DNA from: Candidatus Micrarchaeia archaeon
GTDB taxonomy: Archaea; Micrarchaeota; Micrarchaeia; CAILAH01
NCBI GenBank assembly: GCA_038874595.1
Contig: JAVZCB010000001.1
Span: forward strand, 161,052-225,051
Reading direction: 5' to 3'
DNA length: 64,000 nt
Shown here: positions 47,433-56,808 of the stretch, piece after piece
Position numbering within the stretch: position 1 is the first letter of the stretch
Layout: every line of letters starts with the position of its first letter
The notes under the pieces: model-generated
Databases searched by the model: none
What the model saw: only the letters and a program-made list of their open reading frames with translations
Told to the model about the DNA's origin: nothing
Made by a program: the position numbers and the translations under genes

Positions 47433-48107
47433 ATGCAGATGTCTTACTCATTCCAGAAGAAAGGTGAAAATTACGCGTATGCACAGCAGTATAACCTGGA
47501 TGCGTCATACAAGGACCTTTGTGAAGTGTGCAAGTCCATAAAGCATCTGCCAGTCTCCAAGGCGATGGAGCTGTTATCAAAAGCTGAGAAGATGGAGATG
47601 CCTATCATTTACACTTCACATAACAAGAAGCTTGGGCACAGGCACGAGCTTGGCGGCAAGAAGGGCAGATACCCCGTGAAAGCTGTTAAAATCGTTAAGA
47701 AAGTGCTCCAGAACGCAATCAATAATGCAAAGGTTTGCCAGCTTGAGGAGGGGTCTCTTTCAATTGTGCACGCTGCAGCAAACAAGCAGAGCATTTACCC
47801 GCGCCTCTCACCTAAGGGTAGGAGGATGCGGATGAATTATGAGACTGCCCGTGTAGAGATTGTGGTGCAGGGCTCTAAGAAAAAGATTGCTGAGATATCT
47901 CCAGCGGCAAAGCCAAAGAAAGAGAAGGGAGAGTTGGATACAGCACAGGCAACGAAAGTGTCCGAACCACAATCCATCAAGGAGGAAAACGAGCCGGCTG
48001 CACAAAAGGCCCCTGCAGCAGGCAAGGAAGGTGAGGCCAAGAAACCTAAAACTGAGAGGCCGAGGAAAGATGCTACTTCAAAGCTTACAAAATCAAAGAG
48101 AGAGTAA
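47433..48107 (+). CDS. rpl22: 50S ribosomal protein L22 with Lys/Glu/Ala-rich tail
   Basis: GRYPVKA; LQNAINNA; PKGR; position in the operon. Confidence 0.95.
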   Translation: MQMSYSFQKKGENYAYAQQYNLDASYKDLCEVCKSIKHLPVSKAMELLSKAEKMEMPIIYTSHNKKLGHRHELGGKKGRYPVKAVKIVKKVLQNAINNAKVCQLEEGSLSIVHAAANKQSIYPRLSPKGRRMRMNYETARVEIVVQGSKKKIAEISPAAKPKKEKGELDTAQATKVSEPQSIKEENEPAAQKAPAAGKEGEAKKPKTERPRKDATSKLTKSKRE

Positions 48108-48116
48108 AAGGGTGTA

Positions 48117-48917
48117 ATGATGGCTGTTGAAAGGAAATTTATAGAGGACTCCATTCTGAGGTTCAGGATTGCTGAGTTTATGAAAGAGCAGCTGGAGCGT
48201 GCCGGGTTTTCAAACCTGACGATACAGAAAACGCCGCTCCTGACGCTTATCAATGCAGAAGTTACGAACCCCGGAAAGGTGATTGGGCGCAAGGGAAAGA
48301 CGATAAATGAAATCACTGATAAGCTCAAGACGGAGTTTCATCTTGAGAATCCTAAGATTAACATTACAGTGGTGAATAACCCCGACCTTGAGCCGCAAGT
48401 GGTTGCACGCCGCCTTGTTAAGCTCATTGAGATGGGTAAGAACCCGCGCAGGATGATGCATTCTATGGTTAAATCAATCATGGATGCAGGTGCAGTTGGC
48501 TGTGAAATCGTGATTGGCGGTAAGCTGGCTGCAAAGGGAGGCCGTGCCAAATCGTTCCGTGTTATTGCCGGGTACTTACCAAAGTCAGGTGAGCCTGCAC
48601 GCTGGGTTAAGGTGGCAAAGGTGACTGCATACCCTAAGCCGGGGGCGATTGGTGTGCAGGTTAGGATTGCACCACCGAATGTGCAGTTCCCTGACAAGAA
48701 GGCAGAGGTTGAGTTGCCTGCAGTAATTCGCGCATCTGAGAAGTTCGTTGATAAGGAATCTGGAGTTGCACCGGTGGCAGTGCCACCTGTGGCTGAGGCG
48801 GTTGCGCTTGAGAGTGTTGAAGAGGCCGCAACACCTGCAAAAGAGGAGGGAGGTGCTGAGGTGAAGAAGGCGCCCAAGCCTAAGAAAGAGAAGAAACCTG
48901 CAAAAAAAGGTGAGTGA
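48117..48917 (+). CDS. rps3: 30S ribosomal protein S3 with acidic/basic tail
   Basis: PGKVIGRKG KH motif; GAVGCEIVIGGKL; GAIGVQVRI. Confidence 0.96.
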   Translation: MMAVERKFIEDSILRFRIAEFMKEQLERAGFSNLTIQKTPLLTLINAEVTNPGKVIGRKGKTINEITDKLKTEFHLENPKINITVVNNPDLEPQVVARRLVKLIEMGKNPRRMMHSMVKSIMDAGAVGCEIVIGGKLAAKGGRAKSFRVIAGYLPKSGEPARWVKVAKVTAYPKPGAIGVQVRIAPPNVQFPDKKAEVELPAVIRASEKFVDKESGVAPVAVPPVAEAVALESVEEAATPAKEEGGAEVKKAPKPKKEKKPAKKGE

Positions 48918-49123
48918 TGATGGCAGTCCTTCGTATAAAAGAGATACGTGAGATGGATGATAAGGCACTGCTGGAGAAGGTATACCAGCTTCAGGCAGAG
49001 CTTGTGAAAGAGAACTCTAACTCGCGCAGGAGCGGAAAGAATATAAATACCTCCCGCATAAAAGAAATTAAGAAAGCGATTGCACGGCTTTTGACTGTGC
49101 TTAAAGAGAGGGGTGCAAGTTAA
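48917..49123 (+). CDS. rpl29: 50S ribosomal protein L29
   Basis: LRIKEIREM; IKEIKKAIARLLTV. Confidence 0.95.
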   Translation: MMAVLRIKEIREMDDKALLEKVYQLQAELVKENSNSRRSGKNINTSRIKEIKKAIARLLTVLKERGAS

Positions 49124-49125
49124 AG

Positions 49126-49431
49126 ATGGTTGGTATCTGTCCCAAATGTGGCTTACCGCAGGATATCTGCGTTTGCGATACTCTTGAGAAAGAAACCCCG
49201 CACCAAATAAAGATATACGTTGACAAGAAGCGTTTTGGAAAGCTCGTTACAATAATTGAGGGTCTTGACCCAAAAGAGATTGATAAGATAGCAAAGGACC
49301 TTAAGCATATGCTTTCAACTGGCGGCACTTCAAAGAATGGGATAATACTTCTTCAGGGTGACCATAAGGACCACGTAAAGCAGGCCCTGCTCAAGATAGG
49401 GTTTAAAGAAGAGTATATCTCAATGAGATAA
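49126..49431 (+). CDS. sui1: Translation initiation factor aIF-1 (SUI1)
   Basis: CPKCGLP..CVC; RFGKLVT; GGT; LQGDH. Confidence 0.95.
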   Translation: MVGICPKCGLPQDICVCDTLEKETPHQIKIYVDKKRFGKLVTIIEGLDPKEIDKIAKDLKHMLSTGGTSKNGIILLQGDHKDHVKQALLKIGFKEEYISMR

Positions 49432-49509
49432 ATGCATATAGAATGCTTACGAGTAAGCTTATCATGCTTTTCTTATTTATATTAACACCACAAATTAAAG
49501 TGTTGTCCT

Positions 49510-49791
49510 ATGATTACTAAAAAGAACCTGATTGTGCACGAACTCATCGGCTTGAATGTAAAAGTATCATCCAGCAGGTCAAGGCCATATGTAGGAATTG
49601 AGGGTACTGTTCTTGATGAAACTTTGAACACGCTTGTTATTGAGTGTGCGGGCGGGCAAGCAAAAAGAATCCCTAAAAAAGGGTGCATATTTGAATTTAC
49701 ACTACCGTCAGGTGAGAAGGCCTCTGTCAAAGGTGACCTGCTGCTCAACCTCCCTGAAAACCGCCTAAAACGTGGCATACATAAGATTTAA
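49510..49791 (+). CDS. rnp1: Ribonuclease P protein component 1 (Rpp29)
   Basis: HELIGL; GTVLDET; IPK; PENRLK. Confidence 0.94.
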   Translation: MITKKNLIVHELIGLNVKVSSSRSRPYVGIEGTVLDETLNTLVIECAGGQAKRIPKKGCIFEFTLPSGEKASVKGDLLLNLPENRLKRGIHKI

Positions 49792-49809
49792 TCATGAAAG
49801 GGATTTTGG

Positions 49810-50658
49810 TTATAAGCTGTCATAATACTTCTTAGCTTTTATTGCATCCCCTTCAATGTTCGGGCTCTCTGATATTGCAATACCGCTGATTTTATAATCC
49901 TTCCATGATTTCACCATATCTTTCCATTTGATTGCAGGTACACCGTTTGCGGGCTTCTCATCAAGCACAAGATGGTTTCTCTCGCCTTTATCAGTATACT
50001 CTATCCCTGAAAAATGAATGTGCACATCTTTCAGCGCTTCCCTGCCAAGCACGTTCTCAACATTCTCGAATATCTCACAAAACGCATCATAATCGTTCCT
50101 CGTGCCGTTATGCAGTGCAACGTAATGCGCAAAATCAATGCACGGGAGTACGCCTTCAACCTCGGAGCACATCCGCAAAAGGTCGTTTATGTCACCGAAC
50201 TGTGATGTGCGCCCCATCAGCTCAGGGCGCAGGGTTACATCGTCATACCCTCTCTCAACAAGCTCTTTCCTGAGAAGTTTATACTGGTCTCTTACCCTCT
50301 TGTATACTTCCTCCCTATCCATCTTCATATAAAACGCTGAGTGGATGATCACACTGTGCGCCCCGGCAATGTGACCAACGTGTGCACTGCTGATAATCCT
50401 TTTCCTGCTCTCCTCAAGCGTCTTCTTATCAGGACTGTTGAGGTTTATGAAATAAGGCGCGTGGATGCTGAGCGCAACGTTCTCCTTTTTTGCAAGTGCG
50501 CCAATCTCCTCAGCATCCTTATCGTGCTTTACGTACACCTGCCTGACAAACTCAAGCTCCATCGCATCAAGCCCGAGCCGCCTAACCTCTTTTATTCCTG
50601 CAAGCGTATCACGGGATTCCGATGATAACGGCACACCGGCCGTCCCTATGTGAAGCAT
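49810..50658 (-). CDS. nfo: Endonuclease IV / AP endonuclease family 2
   Basis: HAPYFINL; PELMGR; CIDFAH; HIHFSG; ERNH; SESP. Confidence 0.9.
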   Translation of the reverse strand: MLHIGTAGVPLSSESRDTLAGIKEVRRLGLDAMELEFVRQVYVKHDKDAEEIGALAKKENVALSIHAPYFINLNSPDKKTLEESRKRIISSAHVGHIAGAHSVIIHSAFYMKMDREEVYKRVRDQYKLLRKELVERGYDDVTLRPELMGRTSQFGDINDLLRMCSEVEGVLPCIDFAHYVALHNGTRNDYDAFCEIFENVENVLGREALKDVHIHFSGIEYTDKGERNHLVLDEKPANGVPAIKWKDMVKSWKDYKISGIAISESPNIEGDAIKAKKYYDSL

Positions 50659-50711
50659 ATAACCACAACGGTATTACTTCATTGCTAAACTATATATAAT
50701 ATTCATCTGCA

Positions 50712-50872
50712 CGGTAATTATCAGGATATCCAAAGCAGGCCGCACATATATACTGCAACACTACAACTTATTCCGCTACACAGGTAGGTAATTTCTACAG
50801 CAGCTGCACATATATACCGCCCCATTATGTAAGCGCGGTAATTATCAGGATATCCAAAGCAGGCCGCACATA
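50712..50872. repeat. 37-bp direct repeat (2 exact copies, 124 bp period) with a degenerate middle copy
   Basis: CGGTAATTATCAGGATATCCAAAGCAGGCCGCACATA at 50712-50748 and 50836-50872; GGTAATT...AGCAGCTGCACATA at 50787-50812. Confidence 0.85.
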
Positions 50873-50992
50873 AAGCACATAAGTCATAAGTTATATGCAC
50901 GCTCGCGTATTAAGCCGCACGTTCATGAAACACACACCTACCTGCCGGCAAGAGGTGTAAGCTATAAATATAATCATACCTTAATACTACCT

Positions 50993-51517
50993 ATGAAAAT
51001 TTATACTCGCAAAGGCGATTACGGGGAGACTTCAATATTTGGTGGTGCGCGCGTGCGCAAGAGCACACCGCTCATTGCAGCGTATGGAACGCTTGATGAG
51101 CTCAGCTCATACATTGGGGTGTGCAGAGTCCACTGCGAAGATAACCAGGAGCTGTTTGACCTACTTAAAGAGATACAGCACGATTTGTATCTGATAGGTG
51201 GCCACATCGCAGGTGCTGAGGAATGCATCCCCGAATCGCGCATAAGCGATCTTGAGAGGCACATCGATAAGTATGAGGAGGCGCTCCCAGAGCTGCACAC
51301 GTTCATACTCCCGAGCGGGACACTGCTGGCCACACACCTCCACGTGGCACGCGCAATATGCAGGCGTGCAGAGCGTAAAATCGTTGCAATATTTGAAAAT
51401 GAGAGTGCGTTCCATACTGAGCTGAAATACCTGAACCGCTTATCAGACCTGCTATTTGTGCTTGCGCGGTATGCAAACAAAGTCGCAGGGCATAAAGAGG
51501 AGCGCGCAACAAGGTAA
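50993..51517 (+). CDS. pduO: PduO-type ATP:cob(I)alamin adenosyltransferase
   Basis: KIYTRKGDYGET; YGTLDELSS; RRAER; YLNRLSDLLF. Confidence 0.93.
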   Translation: MKIYTRKGDYGETSIFGGARVRKSTPLIAAYGTLDELSSYIGVCRVHCEDNQELFDLLKEIQHDLYLIGGHIAGAEECIPESRISDLERHIDKYEEALPELHTFILPSGTLLATHLHVARAICRRAERKIVAIFENESAFHTELKYLNRLSDLLFVLARYANKVAGHKEERATR

Positions 51518-51602
51518 CCCTACAACTCGAACTTGAAAGGTACGGCTAGCAGTATAACGTGAGAGGGTACACCTGTTCATACTTGAATTAGGTAGTGGTT
51601 TA

Positions 51603-52394
51603 ATGGAATATGCGGGTGCGATCATCCTAGGGATTCTTCAAGGGATTTTTGAGTGGCTGCCTGTAAGCTCTGAAGGGATAGTCACGCTTGCTGGGAAGCT
51701 TATCTATGGGATGCAGTACCAGGATTCGCTCGCAATGGCAATCTGGCTGCATATAGGTACGCTTGCTGCAGTGGTGGCTTATTTCAGGAAGGATATCATG
51801 GAAATGCTGAAAAGCATATACACCACAGGTGCAAACCGTGACCTTCTTGTGTTCCTCGCAGTTTCCACGTTTGCATCTGCTATCGTTGCACTCCCGCTTA
51901 TTATTCTTGCATTTTCAGAGCAGGCTGCACTAATTCCTGAATATGCATTCACGATTATGATAGGCATCTTCCTGGTTGGGATAGCTCTTCTGCAAAAAAC
52001 CCAAAAAATAAACGTTGGGGACCAGAAACTTACACCTATAAATGCGCTTGTGGCCGGTCTTGCGCAGGGTATAGCTGTGCTCCCTGGCATGAGCAGGTCC
52101 GGGGTTACTGTTGCAACACTACTTTACGAAAAATACAATGTTGAAAATGCCCTTAAGCTGAGTTTCCTAATGTCAATCCCGGTAACGGCCGGTGCACAGC
52201 TTACGCTCCCACTCGCCAAAGGCGGTTATGCAATTACCGGCCCGATGGTTGCAGGTGCACTTGCCGCTGCAATAACCGGGTTCTTAACGATAGGCTGGCT
52301 CCTGGAGTTCGCAAGAAAGGAAAACTTCTATAAGGCGACACTTGTGCTTGGCATTCTTGTAATCCTTATAGGTATAATTTATGCGTTCACTTAA
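51603..52394 (+). CDS. uppP: Undecaprenyl-diphosphatase (BacA/UppP family)
   Basis: GILQGIFEWLPVSSEG; HIGT; PGMSRSG; SFLMSIP. Confidence 0.92.
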   Translation: MEYAGAIILGILQGIFEWLPVSSEGIVTLAGKLIYGMQYQDSLAMAIWLHIGTLAAVVAYFRKDIMEMLKSIYTTGANRDLLVFLAVSTFASAIVALPLIILAFSEQAALIPEYAFTIMIGIFLVGIALLQKTQKINVGDQKLTPINALVAGLAQGIAVLPGMSRSGVTVATLLYEKYNVENALKLSFLMSIPVTAGAQLTLPLAKGGYAITGPMVAGALAAAITGFLTIGWLLEFARKENFYKATLVLGILVILIGIIYAFT

Positions 52395-52540
52395 ATGGAC
52401 CCTGTTGACTAACTGCAATTGAAATTAGCCGGTCCAAACTACTCTGTGCTCAGTTGCTTAAGTGCACATCACTCAATATATGCGTTGATTAGTAAGATTT
52501 TGCCCATGCTGAGTGCGGTTGCTTAAGTATACACCCCAAA

Positions 52541-53668
52541 TTACGGGTTCTTGATTTGTTCAAGCTTTTCAAACTGGCTGCCGTATGAGCTCCACACACC
52601 GTCATCATACAGGTAAAGGTCGTTATCTGTGACCAGGATATATATTGGCAGTTTATACGTGGTTTTAGATACCTTGAGATAAAACTTGCTGCTATCATTG
52701 TCATCACGCTCGACTTCACCAATAAGCTGGCCGTTCTGCGGCTCGACCGCCTGTGCACCATTAATCCTATCAAATATGCTCACATTAGCTTCCCTGCTCG
52801 CAAATGCAAGCACACAGTGGCCGTAATCGCCCATATCATGGCATATAACTATACATTCAAGCGTGCCTTTCTTGCCTATCTTGACATCACGCGCGTTTGA
52901 GTAGTAGTAAATATCACTACCATCCTGGAATATTTCATAATCATCGCCACCGCCGGTTGCAAATGCGCGTATCATCTTCCCATCACGCTGGCTGTTTATG
53001 TATGATTTCATGAACAGCGACCAGTCCTCACAATCCCCTCCCTTATCGTTTATGAAATCACTTACAGACTTAATCTGGTCACCGTAATCCGAGATATACC
53101 CAAACCCCTCTTTTAGCTGAAGAACTGCTGCTATGCAGGGTATCTTTATATCTGGGCCGCAATAGCTATCTAGCGGGCCGCTGATACGGCTCATATCCTT
53201 TGGTTGGATTACCGCATTGCCTTTTATCCATTGCCATTTGCTCATCAGCGATGACTCAAACTCATCAAGCCCTTTCTTGAGCGTTTCAGAATACCCAAGC
53301 AGGTTTGAATACCTATCCTTCAAATCAATATACTTGGCCTTAAACTCGCTGAAGTTGCTTTCAAGAGAAGTTATGGTTGTGTTCATCGCTTTAATCCCGG
53401 CTTCGTGCGCATCAAGCCGCGCATCCCTCACCTTGTTTGCTTCTCTTAACTTATCATATTCTATCAGGTGCGTATTTACAATTGTCCCAATGCCAGATAG
53501 CTGCGTTTTCAGGCCGCTTATCTCATCCCCGGTTGATGCAGTAAACTTATCAAGACGCAAGTACAAATCTGCAATCACAACCGCCTGTACAATCACAACC
53601 ATAAGAAGGAATGCAATAATACCATACGCTCCATAAACCAATTTCTTATCGTCAATCTGGAATTGCAT
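52541..53668 (-). CDS. Membrane-anchored coiled-coil protein with transglutaminase-like Cys protease domain
   Basis: N-terminal TM, coiled coil, GGDCEDW, GHCVL, VEPQNG. Confidence 0.75.
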   Translation of the reverse strand: MQFQIDDKKLVYGAYGIIAFLLMVVIVQAVVIADLYLRLDKFTASTGDEISGLKTQLSGIGTIVNTHLIEYDKLREANKVRDARLDAHEAGIKAMNTTITSLESNFSEFKAKYIDLKDRYSNLLGYSETLKKGLDEFESSLMSKWQWIKGNAVIQPKDMSRISGPLDSYCGPDIKIPCIAAVLQLKEGFGYISDYGDQIKSVSDFINDKGGDCEDWSLFMKSYINSQRDGKMIRAFATGGGDDYEIFQDGSDIYYYSNARDVKIGKKGTLECIVICHDMGDYGHCVLAFASREANVSIFDRINGAQAVEPQNGQLIGEVERDDNDSSKFYLKVSKTTYKLPIYILVTDNDLYLYDDGVWSSYGSQFEKLEQIKNP

Positions 53669-53729
53669 CCTTATTATGACTGCATAAATGATTATATTAG
53701 TTAGTGCTGATTTGTTAAAAGGTGATGGT

Positions 53730-54215
53730 ATGAAAGCGCTTGTAGTGTATTATTCCAGGACTGGGACAACTAAGAAGGTTGCGGAAGCGATAGCTGATGC
53801 ACTGAAATGCCCAGTGGAAGTGCTTTCAGACCAGAAGAACCGACGTGGGCCGGTCGGCTATGCAAGGTGTGCAAAGGATATACTGCTCAGGAGAAAAGTT
53901 GACCTGAACAAGCTGAAGAAAGACGTATCTAAATTTGATTTGGTTATCATAGGCACGCCTGTGTGGCTGCACCAGCCGTCATCAATTACGCGCACGTTCC
54001 TGCAAGACTACGGCAGAAAGCTCAAGAAAGTGGCATTCTTCTGCACATATATGGGTGCTGGCGAGAAGCACGTCTTCAAAAGTATGGCTGCTTTGTGCGG
54101 TAAGGAGCCGGTTGCAGTATTCCCTGTACGGTCGTTTGAGGTATACACCGGTTCTTATGCACATAAGGTTAATGCGTTCGTGGATGAGCTTAAGCATACA
54201 TTTAGCAAAAAATGA
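53730..54215 (+). CDS. Flavodoxin family protein
   Basis: VVYYSRTGTTKKVAE; IIGTPVW; AFFCT. Confidence 0.9.
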   Translation: MKALVVYYSRTGTTKKVAEAIADALKCPVEVLSDQKNRRGPVGYARCAKDILLRRKVDLNKLKKDVSKFDLVIIGTPVWLHQPSSITRTFLQDYGRKLKKVAFFCTYMGAGEKHVFKSMAALCGKEPVAVFPVRSFEVYTGSYAHKVNAFVDELKHTFSKK

Positions 54216-54221
54216 CTATAA

Positions 54222-54866
54222 TTAAAACAAAATCTGCGGCTCTTTCATATACTCATACCACTTAATAGTGTAGATGCGCCCGTTCTCGTGCTCTATGCAG
54301 AACCCTGCAAGCGGGTTTGGCCATATCATATGCTCGCGCAGCTTAAACCCGTACTCGTAAGATAAGGATTCCATCAGTGGCCCTATGATTGAATCGTGGG
54401 TTATTGCGAGTATATTGTGGTCAACAAGATAATTTGATATGAACTGTTTCCCAAATTCCCTGAGTGTGCATTTCAAAAGACCTTTCTCGGCCCATTTGGC
54501 GAACATTTCTGTATAATTGCTCCAGCGTGCGCTATTGAATACATCCTCCATCCACGCATCAAAATGCCCGTCCCTTACGTAACCCGTCGAGAAAAACCCG
54601 TAGTAATCCAGGTCAACCTGCAGTTTAGGCCTGTTACCGTTAAACTTGCCTGCCATAAACGGGATGCTGATTATGCTTGCGGTCTGGATACATCTTGATG
54701 TCCTGCTTGAATGAATCCTGTGTATATCCCCATACGTTATCCTTAGCAGAACACCCTGCTGTAATGCTTTCAGCTTCCCTTTAAATGTAAGCTTTGCAAA
54801 AGGTGCCTTCTCCTTGGTTTTAAGCTCTTCACGGTCTGCGTGCCTGAGCACTAGGGTATGGTTCAT
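54222..54866 (-). CDS. Histidine phosphatase family protein
   Basis: LRHA; LT..G; SSRTSRCIQTA; ITHD. Confidence 0.85.
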   Translation of the reverse strand: MNHTLVLRHADREELKTKEKAPFAKLTFKGKLKALQQGVLLRITYGDIHRIHSSRTSRCIQTASIISIPFMAGKFNGNRPKLQVDLDYYGFFSTGYVRDGHFDAWMEDVFNSARWSNYTEMFAKWAEKGLLKCTLREFGKQFISNYLVDHNILAITHDSIIGPLMESLSYEYGFKLREHMIWPNPLAGFCIEHENGRIYTIKWYEYMKEPQILF

Positions 54867-54917
54867 GAATGAATTTTAAATCATAACTTAATTAAGTTTT
54901 TGATTCACTAACTTATG

Positions 54918-56714
54918 GTGTGCGGGATCATCGGTTATGCCGGCAAACGTGATATTATACCTGTCCTAATCAATGGCCTGAAGCATCTTGAGTATAGGGG
55001 GTATGACAGCGCGGGTATTTGCATCTCGAGCGAGGATACCCTCCAAACAGTAAAGAGTGCTGGGAAGATAACCACACTTGAGTCAAACCCGCATCTGAAA
55101 AAATTATACGGTAATGTGGGGATAGCCCATACACGATGGGCCACACACGGTGAGCCGACTGAGAGGAATGCGCACCCCCATACAGATTGCAGGAATGAGT
55201 TTGCAATTGTACATAACGGCATAATCGAGAATTACCTGGAGCTAAAACAAATGCTAATTGAAAAAGGGCACGTGTTCAAATCCGAGACGGATTCGGAAGT
55301 TATTGCGCATCTTATTGAGGAATTTTATGATAATAGCCTTGAGAAGGCTGTACGCAAGGCTGTCGGCCTGATAACCGGTGCGTATGGAATTGTGGTTATA
55401 CATAAAGGTGAGAGCAAGCTCATCGCAGTCCGCAAGAGCTCACCAATCATCATTGGTGTGGGTGATGGCGAGATGTTCATCGCATCGGATGCGGCTGCAA
55501 TTGTTGAGTATACGCGCAATGTCATCTATCTGGGTGATGACGAGCTAGCCGTAATCACGCCAACCGAATACGTTATCAAGAAAATGTCAGGTGAAAAGAT
55601 TAATCCGCATGTTGATAGTATAGGGTTCTCACTAGAGCAGATTGAGAAGAAAGGGTTTAGGCATTTTATGCTCAAGGAGATATTTGAGCAGCCCGAATCA
55701 ATCACCAACGTCCTTCGCGGGAGGTTTAAGGGTAACACAATCAAGCTTTCGCTTAATGTGGATGTTGCTGGCGCTAACAGGGTCATTATTGTAGCGTGCG
55801 GTACGAGCTGGCATTCGGGCATAATCGGCAAGTATCTCATAGAGAAGTATGCCGGTATCCCGTGCGAAGTTGACTATGCATCTGAGTTCAGGTACCGCCA
55901 AGCCCCACTATTACCTGATACGCTCATAATCGCAATCTCGCAATCCGGTGAGACCGCAGATACCATTGGCGCTCTTGAAAAAGCCAAATCCAATAACATC
56001 CCCACCATCGGGATTGTTAACGTGGTCGGCTCAACAATATCAAGAATGGTTGATGGCGGCGTATACCTGCACGCCGGGCCAGAGATTGGTGTGGCGAGTA
56101 CCAAGGCGTTCACATCACAGGTCATGGCACTGCTTCTTCTTGCGCTTTATATACGGCAGCTGAAAGGCGGGCATATAGATGATGAGCTTGTACGCGAGAT
56201 AAACGCACTGCCTGAAAAAATCGATGCTATCCTTGACAATTCAGAGAGCATACGCAACATTGCAGGCAGGATTGCCAATGCTAAGAGTATGCTTTACCTT
56301 GGTCGCGGGATAAACTACCCGGTTGCACTTGAAGGTGCACTCAAGCTCAAAGAAATTTCGTATATACACGCTGAAGGGTACCCGGCAGGTGAGATGAAAC
56401 ACGGCCCCATTGCACTTGTAGAGGAGAATTTCCCGGTGGTTTTTATTGCTACGAAAGATGCATACTATGAGAAGGTGGCCAGTAATATGCTTGAGGTAAA
56501 AGCGAGAAAAGGGCTTATAATAGCTGTTGCGGATGAGCAGGGCAAAGTTAATGGTATTGCTGACCATCTAATACTTGTCCCGAAAACGTTGCCTGAGTTA
56601 TCGCCTATTCTTAATGTTATCCCGTTGCAGCTGCTTGCGTACCACGTTGCGGACCTGAAAGGTCTTGATGTTGACAGGCCCAGGAACCTTGCCAAGTCTG
56701 TAACTGTGGAATGA
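54918..56714 (+). CDS. glmS: Glutamine--fructose-6-phosphate aminotransferase
   Basis: CGIIG; LEYRGYDSAG; HTRWATHG; HNGIIEN; SQSGET; VASTK; PRNLAKSVTVE. Start placed at GTG so Cys is N-terminal. Confidence 0.97.
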   Translation: MCGIIGYAGKRDIIPVLINGLKHLEYRGYDSAGICISSEDTLQTVKSAGKITTLESNPHLKKLYGNVGIAHTRWATHGEPTERNAHPHTDCRNEFAIVHNGIIENYLELKQMLIEKGHVFKSETDSEVIAHLIEEFYDNSLEKAVRKAVGLITGAYGIVVIHKGESKLIAVRKSSPIIIGVGDGEMFIASDAAAIVEYTRNVIYLGDDELAVITPTEYVIKKMSGEKINPHVDSIGFSLEQIEKKGFRHFMLKEIFEQPESITNVLRGRFKGNTIKLSLNVDVAGANRVIIVACGTSWHSGIIGKYLIEKYAGIPCEVDYASEFRYRQAPLLPDTLIIAISQSGETADTIGALEKAKSNNIPTIGIVNVVGSTISRMVDGGVYLHAGPEIGVASTKAFTSQVMALLLLALYIRQLKGGHIDDELVREINALPEKIDAILDNSESIRNIAGRIANAKSMLYLGRGINYPVALEGALKLKEISYIHAEGYPAGEMKHGPIALVEENFPVVFIATKDAYYEKVASNMLEVKARKGLIIAVADEQGKVNGIADHLILVPKTLPELSPILNVIPLQLLAYHVADLKGLDVDRPRNLAKSVTVE

Positions 56715-56808
56715 ATTCACATCAACCTCGATCTTTTCAAATCCTATCACTGCCCCCTGGAAATGTACCATAAAAAAGCTTAAAAGCAAAAACTATGAAA
56801 TACAATTG

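Noticed and set aside
50712-50872. Bona fide CRISPR array or replication origin
   Set aside because: Only two exact repeats, irregular spacing, no typical repeat termini, no ORB consensus or cdc6 neighbour; kept only as an unexplained repeat.
56598-56789. Minus-strand ORF overlapping the glmS 3' end as a gene remnant
   Set aside because: Short, mostly antisense to glmS, and no convincing family motif.
56715-56808. Tn7 end or CRISPR-associated transposon (type I-B CAST) at attTn7 downstream of glmS
   Set aside because: Only about 90 bp before cas6, no recognisable Tn7 terminus or repeated TnsB sites, no tns genes in the window, and cas3 and cas4 are present.
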